Source: Octopus sinensis
Taxonomy: Eukaryota
DNA length: 63,924 bases
Direction: 5' to 3'
Assembly (NCBI RefSeq): GCF_006345805.1
Contig: NC_043008.1
Location: 79,236,001 to 79,299,924, forward strand
Shown here piece by piece: positions 40,640-53,334 of the stretch. Numbering within the stretch: position 1 is the first letter of the stretch; each line of letters opens with the position of its first letter. Below the pieces are notes generated by a model, which was not told the DNA's origin, did not search any database, and saw nothing but the letters and a program-made list of their open reading frames with translations. The translations under genes were made by a program, and so were the position numbers.

Positions 40640-42960
40640 AACACTCAAAAGGAACTCAGCCATCTCACCTCTGTAAGGCCCAACACTCAAATCGAAAGGA
40701 ACCCAGCCACTTTGCCTCCATGAGGCCCAACGTTCAACGGTTGATTTGCTTTTTACGTACCACCAGCACAAGGGCAATTGGCTTGATGGGTCTTCTTAAG
40801 CAGAGCACATCACCAAAGGTCTTGGTCACTAGCCATTGCCTCTGTGAGGTTCAAAGTTCGAAGATCATGCTTCACTGCCTCATCCCGTATCTTCCTGGGT
40901 CTACCTCTACCACAGGTCCCCTCCACAGAGATCAGCACTTCTTTACATAACTGTCCTCATCCATACACATCACATGGCCATACTAGCACAGTCGTCTCTC
41001 TTGTGCATCACATCTGATTTGTCTTATGCCTAACTTTTCCCTCAAGATGTTTACACTCTGTTGAACATGCACACTGACATTGCACATCCAGCAAAGCATA
41101 CTGGCTTCTTTTCTTTCAAGCTTACGCATGTACTCAGCTGTTACAGCCCATGTTTCACTGCCATGCAGCATTGCTGTTCACACACAGGCATCAAACGATC
41201 TGCCTTTCACTCTGAGAGGGAGGCCATTTGTTGCCAGCAGGGGTAGGAGCTCTCTGAACTTTGCCCAGCGTAATCTTATTCTCACAGCTACACTTGGAAC
41301 AACTACCTCCATTACTAACCTGATCACCTAGATACTGGAAGCTATCTACTACCTGTAGCTTGCCATCCTAGCAGTTGATGGAATCTATTTTCTGCACATG
41401 TTCAGCATTTATTATGCCTGTGCACCTTCCACACACAAAAGTTAGTTTCTCTGTTAACCTTCCTTTGATGTTGCTGCACCTTTTGTGTCCAAAGCTTACA
41501 CTGGCTGCATCTTATGGAGTTTCTACCTACAACTTTTCTACAGATTGGGCAGAGCCATCTACCTGAGGGGATTTGGGATGTGTCTGCCTACCTACTTACT
41601 ATGACTTAGATATTTGCTAGGTTAACTCTAAGACCCTTTGATTCTAGACCTTATTTCCATATCTGGAACTTCTTTAACTTAGATAGTGATTCAGCTTTAA
41701 GGGCAAGGTCATCAGCATAGAGGAGCTCCCAGGGACAGCCTGCTTTCAATTCCTCTGTTATTGCCTGGAGGGGCTGAGCACCGATCCTTGGTGAACCCCT
41801 ACTTGGACCCTGAATTCTTTGTTGCCCACCCTCACCTTACTGGTAATGTCTGTACAAGGCTTCTACAGCTCTTACCAACCACTTGTCTATCCCTAGTTTC
41901 CGCATTGACCACCAGATAATGGATCGGGGTACTCAGTCAAAAGCTTTCTCCAAGTCAACAAAAGCCGAGTACACAAGGTTTATCATTGGCTAGATATTTC
42001 TCCTGCAGTTGCCTTACCAGAAATATAGCATCAGTGGTACCAAACTGCATCTCATCTAGACTAACTCCCTCCCTGATTAGTTGGGCTATGACTCTCTCTC
42101 TGTAACTGTCATCACCTGATCCAACAATCTGACGCTTCTGTAATTATTTCTATCGAAGGCATCACCTTTACCTTTGTAGCAGCTGACTACAGTGTTGCTA
42201 CATCAGTCATTGGGCATGACTCCTTCATGAACCACTTGATTTACAATATGGGTGACAAGACCATAACCCACACCACCAGATATTTTAAGCATCTCAATGG
42301 TAATTCCTGATGGGTCGGGGGCTTTCCCTGTCTTCATATCCTTAATTGCTTTATCTACTGGTCCCTCAGTTAAGTCAACATCTGACAGATTCTCCTCCTT
42401 TTTGTCCAGCCCGCAGCTACTCTGTGTACTGCCCTAGTGGCAAATTCAGCAGTCTTTCATAATGGCATCTCCAAGCCTCTTTCTTTGCAGACTCATTAAA
42501 AGCAAGTGCACCATCATCCATGCAGACATATTCCCCTCCTATGGCATCACAATTTTCTCTCACACATTGCCTTGCAATCCGAAATACTTCAGTTTGTTTG
42601 TCCTCATGGTGCTGAACATAGGCAAACTTATTTTTTACTGCTTCTCCCTTGGCTAGAAATACTTGTCTCCTAGCTTCCCTTCTGGCTATCTGATGCAGTT
42701 CTCTGCTGCCCCTACTCTTCTAGGCCTGTTTCTTTGCTCTAATGGCACTGTCTATGGTATTGTTCCAACAACATGTTACCCTGGGTCTGGAAGGGACTTT
42801 GCACCAGGCACAGATTTGGTCTGTGGTACTCAGCAAGCTATATCACAGGAATTCCCAGTTGCCCTCTATGTCACAAGTTTGTAGCTGCTCCTTCCTCTCA
42901 TCAAATTTCTCAATTAGGCTGTCCCTAAATCTTTGACTATATGTCAGCGTGAATATCCAG
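40640..42960 (-). mobile_element. Degraded RTE LINE in the last ADAL intron
   Basis: Fragments FDERKEQLQTCDIEG, KAPDPSG, VHQGSVLSP, LLYADD, LHGSETW, with many stops. Confidence 0.85.
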
Positions 42961-43224
42961 GGGAAAGGGGGGGGGCACAGCACTACACCCTTTTTCTGCA
43001 GGTACTTGATAACAGCACAATGCCAAATTTTCTCCATTTTCAAGAGAAGTCACTACTAGTTATTTTTGTAGTCTTCTTTGAGCAGTCAGATGTCAGTTTA
43101 TCTGGAAAGGAACAATACAGTTATTAATAAGATCTGAAATTAATGCATGCATCATTCCTTCATAGCCAGCCTATGAACTTTTTAAGATTATCCTTGAACA
43201 TACATTAGTCAATTAGATATTTTG

Positions 43225-45675
43225 TGTTGTAGGAAAAGCGCTATGGAAAATATTCTTTTATTTGTTTCAATGAATTGACTCTGGCCATGCTGGAGCACTG
43301 CCTTTATTCAAACAAATCGACTCTAGGAATTATTCTTTGTAAGCCTAGTACTTATTCTATCGGTCTCTTTGGACGAACCGCTAAGTTATGGGGAAATTAA
43401 CACACCAACATCAGTTTGTCAAGTGATGGTGGGGGGAGACAAACACAGACACACACACATATATATGATGGGCTTCTTTCAGTTTCCATCTACCAAATCC
43501 ATTCACAAGGCCTTGGTCGGCCCGAGGCTATAGTAGAAGACACTTGCCCAATGTGCCATGCAGTGGGACTGAACTCAGAACCATGTGATTGGTAAGGAAG
43601 CTACTTTATTTCAATGAATTTGCCACTAGGGCAGTACAGAGTAGCTGCGAGCTAGACAAAAAACATTAATGCGGTGGGGATGATAATGATGAACGAAAAT
43701 GAGAGGGGCACTGGCGCCCACCGACCAATAACCCCTCGAACACAAAGTTTCTTTATAATAAAAATTCTTTACAAAAATTTTTACAACAAAAAATTTTACA
43801 ACAAAACTTCCTACAGCAAAAAATTTTCTTATAACTCTCTTTGTCAGGTCCCCAGAATTAATTGACCTGCCGCCTGCAGACAACTCCGCAACAACAGGTC
43901 AGGACCTGAAAAGAGAAAGGCAAATTCTTTCTTGTCAAAGGTCGCTGTGACCTTTGACAAAGTTTTTTCTGTAACCACCTCAGCAGCTACTTGCGGAGGC
44001 CAATTCGGACAGCTTGAGCAGAACGAGCACATTCGTCCTAGTTCACCCAAGCCGTCCAGAAATTTATTAACCTTCCCTTTTTCGCGATAAAGGAGGACAA
44101 CCGTCCCCTCTTCACGGGAAGGTACCTCATGCTGCTCTGTCAGTGGCACACTTCCCACTGACGGAGCCCTCTCCGCAGGTGGCTCCGTCTGCGACCCATG
44201 ATTATCAGCCACCCGACCTCTATTTCTCTTTCTCCTCCTTTTTTTGGGGGAGACTGCTAGCCCAGCAGACATGGGGGGTCGCTATCCCCCTCCGCCACCT
44301 GAGCATTCTTTGGTGAGCAACCATTGTTGCTCACCTGTTTTTTTCTTTTCGTGGAGGCAACTTCCTCCATGAACTCCACCGTCTCCCCCTCCAATGAAGG
44401 TGTGGCGTGCACTTTCTATTTTTCCTGCTTCAGGATCCTACTTTGGTCCCTGGGGCATTTCTTCTTAATGTGGCTGGTCTCCAGGCACAGGTGACACTTG
44501 GGTGGGGGGGCTCCCTCAAGTATCACTGGATACTTGGACCCGGCCATCCTCAAGAAATCCGGAAAAACCAGACTTTTGGCTGATTGGGTCCATAGGGTCA
44601 AAACAGCTTTCGACCCCTCCCAATCAGCCGCAGCAACATTTTTACATTTAGTAGCTTGGCACTGCTACCACCCAGACCCCGGCGGATAGAGTCCTCTATC
44701 CACTCGGGCTCAACGCCGGGTGGTAAGCCGCAGATCCAAGCCCTTAATAGTTTTTCTCCCATATAATTTGGGAGAAACAATATTTCTTTGCCCTCAAGGG
44801 GCTGGCTTGCAAAGTCGCAAGCTTCTTTTGGGGAGTCAAATAGCAACCAGACCATTGCATATTTCACTCCCCGTGAGATAAATTAAACGGCTGGCATGTA
44901 GTCCGCCAGCTCGTTCAGTATGGTGGCCTTTGGGAAGACGGCTATGGTGTCGAGCGACTTCGAGTATGTTCTCAACACCACGGTCTTCCTTTCCAGCTCT
45001 TTTAAATATTTTTTGGGAGGTGTTAGGTCCCATACAATAAATTCCTTTGCCATTTTGAAACGGAATTCAATAAAAGTTCAAAAAGTGTAATAAAATAAAT
45101 ACGATAGAAAGAGGGAGAAGAGAAAACACAACAGAAGAGAAGAATTACAATAAAATAACAGTTCAAAAGAGTTCTTTTTAAAATAAATGATAGCTGGAAG
45201 AAGAGAGTTCAAATTCAGCAAAGGAATTAATTATTTTGGCCGAAAAGGTACTCCTGGCCAAACGTCTAAAACAGTCCTTGGTTATCCTTTGTGCTTCTTG
45301 GTAAATCCCAAAAAACAGTCCTTGGTTATCCTTGGTGCTTCTTGGTAAATCCAACACAAAGGCAATTAATTTTTGAGGAGGGGCTATGCCTCCTCAAAAA
45401 ACACAATTCTCACTGCAAAGTGAGTCTTTACGCTCGACCACAGGCAGGAAAAATGTCCGGAGCAAAGTGGAGTCTATTACTCTCCAAAAAATAATAAACA
45501 CAGAGCAATAAACTTCACTAAGCCCCCCAAAAAATTCAACAAATGCCTACCTGTAGTCGAGTCTCAAATTTCAATAATTCATGCCGATACGTGACATCCG
45601 GAGCAGCCAAAAAACACGTCCGAACATGTCGAAGGTTAGGGAGCTACTTACCACACAGCCACTCTTGTGCCTATC
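43225..45675 (-). mobile_element. tRNA-derived SINE interrupted by a 2-kb insertion
   Basis: Head at 45634-45675. B box, body and tail at 43225-43606. Confidence 0.85.
43607..45633 (-). mobile_element. ORF1-only (HAL1-like) L1/Tx1-type retroelement with a 16-bp TSD
   Basis: TSD GGTAAGGAAGCTACTT (43591-43606) / GGTTAGGGAGCTACTT (45634-45649). ~580-bp 5' UTR. ORF1 from ATG 45053 (MAKEFIVWDL...) to about 43844 with a CCHC knuckle CHLCLETSHIKKKC, broken by stops and frameshifts. No EN or RT. 3' end TGGCAAATTCATTGAAATAA. Confidence 0.8.
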
Positions 45676-47112
45676 ATGTACATATTTTCATGTTTTGCAA
45701 TAATCAATCACAAAATGTGTGTGCATATTCTCAAAAAACTTTCTACTAGACAATTCTGTGTTTGCTAAGTCCAAATGTTCACAAACAGATAACTAACTGC
45801 AGCAAAGAGGGAGCATAGATAATGTGTATCATTTAAACTGGTTGAAGTTATTGTATTGAGGCAGTGTCAAAGTAAAAGTTAGCCATGGCTGACAGAGGGA
45901 GTGTAAAATAAGATAGCTAACCTACAGTTGTTGGTAACAGCTAAAGTGTTGACATCAGTGTAGGGATCATTAGCAGAAAAACTGTAGTAGTAGTTGTTTG
46001 AGGTACTGAGGATGGCCTGCTCTCCAAATGTACTGGCTTCAGATGGCCAATGCTAACAGTCTTCTATTTACTATGTATATCAAGCATGAAATACTTGGGA
46101 GTCTTGTGTAATATTCTGAATGGTTCTATATAGGGTGTTTGAAATGGTTTCTTGTAGGAAGTGTTACAAGTGTTGTAATGAGGAAGAAACAAGTAGAAAG
46201 CAATGCAGCGCCTTGTTAGTAGAAAGAGTGAGTACTAGATTAGAAAGTATTGAAAAGGAAGGAGATTCAGTGGGTGAGAGACCCAAATATAGTTATATAT
46301 CCCTACTACCATTTTAACATTTGCAGGTAGGTTGTCTTCTACACATGTTGGCAATCATCATGGTCCGTTGTCACCTCCTTTGTGAAGTTCAGGTTCTTGA
46401 GATCAGTCTTCAGATTCATTACTGACTGTGATTCATCTATGTTCAGTTTCCTTAAGAGCCTCCACAAATACAGAGAATGAAACTCTGTCAAAGCCTTCTC
46501 TAGGTTAACAATGCTAAATATAGGGACATACTGTTATCTAATTACTTTCCCTATATTTGTATCACTAGGAATATTGCACTGACAATAAAGAATCCTAAAC
46601 TGCATCTCACCTAAGTTAATTTTCTTCTTAATCAGTTGTGTTATAACTTTTTCCATTAATTATAACCTAGTCCAACAATTTTCCATTAATTATAACCTAG
46701 TCCAACAATTCAGTGCCTCTGTAATTACTGCTCTCTAGTGCATCTCCTTTGTCATTGTAGTAATTGTTCATGATACTACTATACCAGTCAGTCACTGAGT
46801 GTTCCTGAAAGACCATCAGCCTTCCACTTTCTTTCATATATATTTGTGTTTTCTACTATACTGCTGTCAACTTCAATGGCTGGTCTTTCTGTTGGGACTA
46901 CTTGGGGTAGTTTTAACAGAAGAAATGATGTGTAAACAGAAATATAAATCACTATCATGTTGTTCATCTATCACTTTGACTGCCTCAGTTACCTTTTCTA
47001 TGCATTTCTCTGCTAACAATATGCCAACTCTACCTACCTCTTTATTGTTTCCATCTTTGTTTGCAATTAAAAACAAAAATTTTTGAATTTAGTAAACAAC
47101 TGATTGACTTAC

Positions 47113-47213
47113 TGCAATGATGACTGGATGATTCTGTCGGTACCAGAATCCAAAGTGGTGTTTGTCTGTACTTGCAACAGTACCAGATTTCAGGTTAGAT
47201 GTTATACAACATT
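47113..47213 (-). CDS. ADAL: ADAL exon: (E)CCITSNLKS...HHFGFWYRQNHPVIIA
   Basis: ttcag|AATGT...ATTGCA|gtaagt. 101 nt. Confidence 0.93.
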
Positions 47214-47347
47214 CTGAAGAAAAGCACAGAATAACTTATTTATATTCAGAAAGAATTATGTGAGAAATTACTATTTTAATTTTAAAGAATAAAATAGTCT
47301 AAACTGTCTCAAAATGAAAGAACTGAGATAAATTGTTTTTCACTTAC

Positions 47348-47483
47348 CAATTGGAATATTTTTTGATTTGACCAACTCCACCATTTCTTGTGTACCCCCA
47401 ACATTAGGGTGAAGGAAAGTACCATGACCAATCCTGTCTGGTTCTACAAGGAGAAGCTGTTGAGATTCTGGTGCATTTTGTAC
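47348..47483 (-). CDS. ADAL: ADAL exon: VQNAPES...DRIGHGTFL...KNIPI
   Basis: ccag|GTACAA...ATTG|gtaagt. 136 nt. Confidence 0.93.
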
Positions 47484-47626
47484 CTGGTTAGAGTGAGATC
47501 ATTTTAATTAAAATATTTGAAATGAGTCCAGTCCAAGTTTGCTTTTTGTGTTTGAAATGTTGTATGCAGCAAAAGTTTAAAACAGTAATGACTATGGAAA
47601 TAATTCAAATATAACAATTCAAACTT

Positions 47627-48292
47627 TAATAAATCTCTGAACGAGATATAAACAGTAACCGCTCGACAACGTAAGGTGTACTAGCCATCTGAATGTGGCT
47701 AGCCACTGGGGGTGGGGTGTTACTGATGCTTTTAGCCCCAGGCGATCAACGTCACCAGATGGACTTTAGACACTATCTCAGTGCCCTTGTGTTATTTGCA
47801 AAGGGAGGTCATCCTCCCTCGAAGACCTGAGTATCTAAAGTCCATCTGGTGATGTTGATCGCCTGGGGCTAAAAGCATCAGTAACACCCCACCCCCAGTA
47901 GCTAGCCACATTCAGATGGCTAGTACACCTTACGTTGTCGAGCGGTTACTGTTTATATCTCGTTCAGAGATTTATTATTGCTTTCAGACAGTTTTTTCTA
48001 AATCAGTGACAGTGGTTGCTGTGAAAAACATTATATATTATTGGCAAGGGGACTCCTTCATCGAAGACCGGTGCTTACCATGCGTTGACGAGAGGCAATT
48101 ACCTTGAAACTATAGTCCGTATGTAGTACTTAGGTCTTCGAGGGAGGATGACCTCCCTTTGCAAATAACACAAGGGCACTGAGATAGTGTCTAAAGTCCA
48201 TCTGGTGACGTTGATCGCCTGGGGCTAAAAGCATCAGTAACACCCCACTCCCAGTGGCTAGCCACATTCAGATGGCTAGTACACCTTACGTT
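47627..48292 (+). mobile_element. Hammerhead-bearing retrozyme/PLE-like element: inverted arm plus >1 tandem unit (period 356 bp)
   Basis: 47627-47770 is the reverse complement of 47834-47977. 47668-47833 is the reverse complement of 48127-48292. TCTAAAGTCC recurs at 47834 and 48190. Confidence 0.8.
48079..48123 (+). ncRNA. Minimal type-I hammerhead ribozyme (C3U variant)
   Basis: CATGCG-TTGACGA-GAG-gcaattac-CTT-GAAAC-TATA-GTC-CGTATG, with a palindromic TATA loop. Confidence 0.8.
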
Positions 48293-48499
48293 AAATTCAA
48301 ACTTTGTTATCTACTTATCCTATTAAAGTTGAGTTTATAAAAAAAACAAAATATAATTGTTTTCAAACTATTATCATTCATATATGTGTAGGGGGATGCA
48401 AGTTTAGTGGAGAATTCAAGATTCATGTGGACATCCAGCAGAGCCTTCTCTTCATCTGCCTTGTCATAATCATCCAGTTTGGTTGATCATGCTTTGAAA

Positions 48500-48760
48500 C
48501 ATTGTGTTAAGTTAAAAGTTTTGCAACATTTAGGTAACTTATTTGTTTTATTTTTCAAGTTAAAACAAAAGCAGCCTGGCATTCAAAGTAGAGGCCATCA
48601 TGTTGTGCTGTCTAAAGCAACCTTTCTGCCAGTTCTTGTCATTCAAAGCAAAGAACTCCTTCACTGAAGCTTCCATCCCCTCTTGGTTGATGAAGTGCAG
48701 GAAGCAAGCCATGAATGCTAAGCTGCTTTTGTAACTTGATGAATAAAGCAAATAAGTTAG
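48500..48760 (-). pseudogene. Degenerate mariner transposase C-terminal fragment
   Basis: ...EASVKEFFALNDKNW.KG resembles the mariner C-terminal helix. Confidence 0.55.
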
Positions 48761-49295
48761 CAAAATATTGTAAAACGTTTGACTCGACACAATAAAAACC
48801 CAGGAGATATAATGTAAAATGATACTCCTTAGACAGTGTCCATAGAAATGACTAGGTATAAACATGAGAAGAGCAGGCTGGTGGTCAATATCATATAAGT
48901 TTGTACTGTTAATATGTTGATAAAGGGAGTAGTGAGACTGATATTAGTTGATAGAATGCAAAAATAAAGATAGGCTAAAGAAGTCTTAGAATGAAATACT
49001 TAAATAAAAAAAACAACATGGTTAGTAGAATAACTTAACCTCCCAAATATCATGATTTTGGTCTGAGACATATGGAAATAAATTAACAGCAAACTTTAAC
49101 ACAGGGGAAAATATTTGAATGATGATAACAGTGACTCTACAATGAAATTCCTTGTTAAGATGTTAAGTCTTAATGAAAAATTTTACTTTTTATTGATGTT
49201 TAAATCAGTAAGGAACTTACACAAAAGAATACATGTAAATATATGTTTGCCAATCCAACAAAAGATATATAAATATAAAATAAAAATATACAAAC

Positions 49296-49376
49296 CTCAG
49301 CAATATGAACTGCTAGCTTCAGGCCATGTGCCTTGGCATCCTTTAATACTGGTATAAAGTCTCTGGCATCATTAAT
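49296..49376 (-). CDS. ADAL: ADAL exon: INDARDFIPVLKDAKAHGLKLAVHIAE
   Basis: tttttag|ATTAAT...GCTGAG|gtttg. 81 nt. Zn His and catalytic Glu. Confidence 0.92.
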
Positions 49377-49811
49377 CTAAAAACAAAATAGATAGTTGTA
49401 CAATATCTGAAAATACTAATGTGATTAATTGACGGTTTCTGTCAATGTCAACATTGTCAGGATGCAGTCTAAATCCAATCAAATTAACAGTTTTGATCAG
49501 TAAAGACAATCATAATAATGATGGTTTATGACTCTTCATTCTCAATTTAGTATCTAACATATCGACATTACTCAATTTTCAACTGTCACTCATATACTAG
49601 AAACATATCTTCCTCACCAGCCTGTTATCCATTCTTTGTTATGTATGGCTAAGTGATGCTAAACTTTGTCTTGAAATACAAAAACTCATTTCATTATCTG
49701 GTTGGTTACAATAATATTTTCAATGCCAACTACTGTAGAAAGATTCATCTGTAATTTTTTTAAAAACATCATTAATTTAAAATGAATGTTTCACAATAAA
49801 AATAAACTGAC

Positions 49812-50108
49812 CTTTGGATCACCACTAAAATCAATTCCAAGAACAATTCCATCAGAGTTCTGTTGTAATTCAGTAGCAATACTGACAATTTCTTGTGCAA
49901 TATCAGTATTTGTCTTCCTATCAATAGACAATAGCAATCTAACATCGATATCAATATTTTCTGTTTTACAATCCTTTATGGCAGCAAGTACTGAATCAAC
50001 ATATGATCTTCTTGTCATACCAGTGCTGATTTCTGCTCTTGGTGTAGTTCTCAGTTCAAGATATTTGACATTGTCTTTGCAGAAATCATGGATCACATCA
50101 TTGGTTAC
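49812..50108 (-). CDS. ADAL: ADAL exon: VTNDVIHDF...GIDFSGDPK
   Basis: ctag|GTAACC...CCAAAG|gtcagt. 297 nt. Confidence 0.93.
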
Positions 50109-51037
50109 CTAGTTAACATCAGTAGAGAATAAAACATGTTAACAGTTATTATCTAATTAACTCAGAATAATACACATTATATACTATTATCTGATAGACA
50201 GCAACCACAGTGTGACATATAAAAGAGGATTTGTACAAATTACATAGAGAAATAAAGGTAGAGTGATGTTGGTAAAAGAAATGATAGGGTATCCTAAAAG
50301 CAACGAAGGATAGGAAATCAAAGTAAATGAAGTTACAACATTGTAACACCAAAGAGCAATTTTATTCATTAGAGAAACAGTAAGAAAAATGCCATAGTTG
50401 AAAATAGGAATTCAATAGAAAATTTAAGAAATGGGATAAAATACTTTCATGTAAGAAATATTATTGTCTCAACAATAGAAAAATAAAGACTATTGGAAAA
50501 TTATATTATTGATAACCAACTGAAAAATCTAAACCAAGAAAATAGCTAGGACAAAAAATGTTATGGTTGACCCATACAAAAAATATTACATTAGCTAGAT
50601 CATGAGAAAAATAATAGAAATGTTGATGAAGAAATATCCTTTTTAATTTTGACACAAAGCCAGCAATCTTTAGCAGAGAGGTAAGTCAGTTGAAGTACTG
50701 GTACTTTATTTTATTGACCCAACAAATGAAAAACAAAGTTGACCTTGGTGGAATTTGAATTCAGAACTTAATAAAGCAGTTAAGCAATTTTGTCTAGTGC
50801 ATTAATGATTGTCAGCTCACTGCTTTGATGATGAAGAAATATCTCAAATTTATCATCAAGAATAGTTATAAATATCATTAAGTGTAATCAGAATATATGA
50901 AAATAGTCAGATAATCAGCTTATCACTGGAAATGCTGAGAAGAGGCGATTAAGAAATAATGAACAACATAGCCATCATCAGCATATATAAAATCAAGGAT
51001 TTGATAATGAATGTAAAAAAATTTACAAAAAAAAAAC

Positions 51038-51098
51038 CTTATATATTGCTTTCTCATTATCTGTGACTTCATGGATTTTTTTGAAAATATCAAAGCAT
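51038..51098 (-). CDS. ADAL: ADAL exon: (K)CFDIFKKIHEVTDNEKAIYK
   Basis: tttcag|ATGCTTT...TATAAG|gttttt. 61 nt. Confidence 0.88.
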
Positions 51099-51179
51099 CT
51101 GAAAACAAAACAGAAATAAATATACATGTATTGAGTGAGATGGATGTAGGGATGAATGCGTAATAACCAGAGATGACAT

Positions 51180-51730
51180 ATTCGCTTAGAAAAATAATAC
51201 AAGTATAGCTGTGAGGTTAAGAAGCTTTCTTTGCATTCACTTGGTTTGGGATTCAGTTCCACTTTAGTGCCTTCTATTACAGCCTCAGGCTGACCAATAC
51301 CCTGTGAATTTAATAAATGGAAATTGTGAGGAAGCCCACTGTGCATATATCAATCTAACATCCACTTTTTATGCTTTCTGTTGGAGAGAAATTGTTTGAG
51401 AAAAATTTTCTACAGCCAGATGCCCTTCTTGTCACCAACCCTCCCTCACCTGTTTCCCACTAAAGTAATATTCCCCATGACTGGACAAGATTGGGAACAA
51501 AGGACACTGCTTACATGATGATGACATTCAATTACAACTATCACATGAAGTCAAGGCAAGGTGACAATAACATACACATGACAGGGTTCTTTCATTTTCT
51601 GTCTACTTCAAAAAGTTTTGGCCAGTCTGACGGTATTAGAAATCACCAAGGTGCCAAGCAGTAGGCTTGAATCTGAAATCATGTAGTTGGGAAGCAAACT
51701 TCTTACCACACAACCATGCTTGTGCCTATA
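51180..51730. mobile_element. Degenerate SINE fragments in both orientations
   Basis: tRNA-head remnants at 51205-51345 (+) and 51590-51728 (-). Confidence 0.6.
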
Positions 51731-51734
51731 TATA

Positions 51735-53024
51735 CGAGGGGCGTTCAATAAGTAATGCCCCTGACCCACTTCCCATAGCAGTAGAGCAACGAAACTTGGC
51801 ACAGTTATTAATCTTTTTCTACATAGCAACCACCCAGAGTTACGCATTTCTCCCATTGTTTGATGCAGCTCTGGAGACCGTTTTTGTAGAAGACCCCAGC
51901 TTGGTCCTCCAACCTGAACGTGACTTCAGAAATCAAGGCTGCATCATCTGGGAAACGCTTTCCTTTCAAAAACAACTTCATGACTGGGAAGAGGTGAAAA
52001 TCAGAGGGTTCAAGGTCAGGAAAGTAGGGGGATGGGGGAGGAGTTCATAGCCATACGCCTGTGCTTCTGATCTGGCGACAAGCGAGTTGTGGACCGGAGC
52101 GTTGTCCTGCAGGAGGAGAATGCCTTTGCTGATCTTGCCCCGCCTCTTGATTTTGATAACTTCTCTTAATTTCCTCAAAAGTGAAGCATAATAGGCTCCT
52201 GCAATTGTGGTACCCTTTGCCAGGAAATTTGTCATCACTACTCCGTCCTGGTCCCAGAAGACTGTGAGCATGACCTTGCCAGCGGAGGGCTGCACCCTTG
52301 CCTTCTTTGGAGGGGGTGAGTCACGGTGCTTCCACTGCATTGACTGGGCTTTGGTCTCTGGATCATAGTGATGGACCCAGATTTCATCCTGTGTAATCAG
52401 TCTTTTGAAAAATTTTGACTCATCTTCTTGGCACATCTCCAAATTCACCCTCGAGCACTCGACGCGTTCTTGCTTCTGGAAAGGCGTGAGCAACCTGGGA
52501 ATCCATCTGGCAGACACCTTTTGCATATGCAAATGGTCATGAATGATAGTTTCCACAGACCCGGTACTAATCTTGACCTCATCGGCTATTTGGCGAATAA
52601 TTATGCGTCGATCTTCCAAAATGGCAGCCTCAACTTGACGGACAGATGCCTCATCAATGGCAGAAGGGGCGATCAGATCTGGGAGCTGTTTCCACAGAGT
52701 TCCGACCATGTTTGAATTCACGATGCCAGCGTTTTACAAGGTCATATGATGGGGCATCATCACCATAAGTTACTTTCATTTCATCAAAAGTCTCCCGTAG
52801 TGAGCGTCCTTTCAAATACAAAAACCAGATCACTGCTCGACACTCAACAGGCTCCATTTCACACTTGACTCGGTTCAAACACCTGTAAATCAGAAACCAC
52901 AATTAATTCAGAGCTGTAATTTGCCACTTACTCTATAGAGATATAAATGATTGCACATGCAAAATTTCAGCTAGATCAAACAACTGCAAGTGGGTCAGAG
53001 GCATTACTTATTGAACGTCCCTCG
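51735..53024 (-). mobile_element. Full-length mariner, same family as 22183-23474, in an ADAL intron
   Basis: Same TIRs, TA flanks, 1290 bp. Transposase with WIPRLL, QDEIW, QDNAP and two frameshifts. Confidence 0.95.
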
Positions 53025-53334
53025 TACATGTGTGTGTGTATTTGTCTCTCCCCTACTGCTTGACAACTGGTGTTATTTTATTCATGTCACAGTAACTTAG
53101 CAGTCTGGTAAAAAGAACTGATTGAATAAGTATCAGTCTTAAAAATAGGTATTGGGATTGATTTGTTCAACTAAACCCTTCAAGGCAGGGACACAGCATA
53201 ACCAATGACTGAAACAAGATCAGTAATATTAATCAAAACTAAAGTTGATATGTCAGTCAATTTTAAATAGTTACATCAAGTAATCAATATTTAAGTTATA
53301 TTTCAATTAGAATTTATAAAACTAGAATGCTTAC

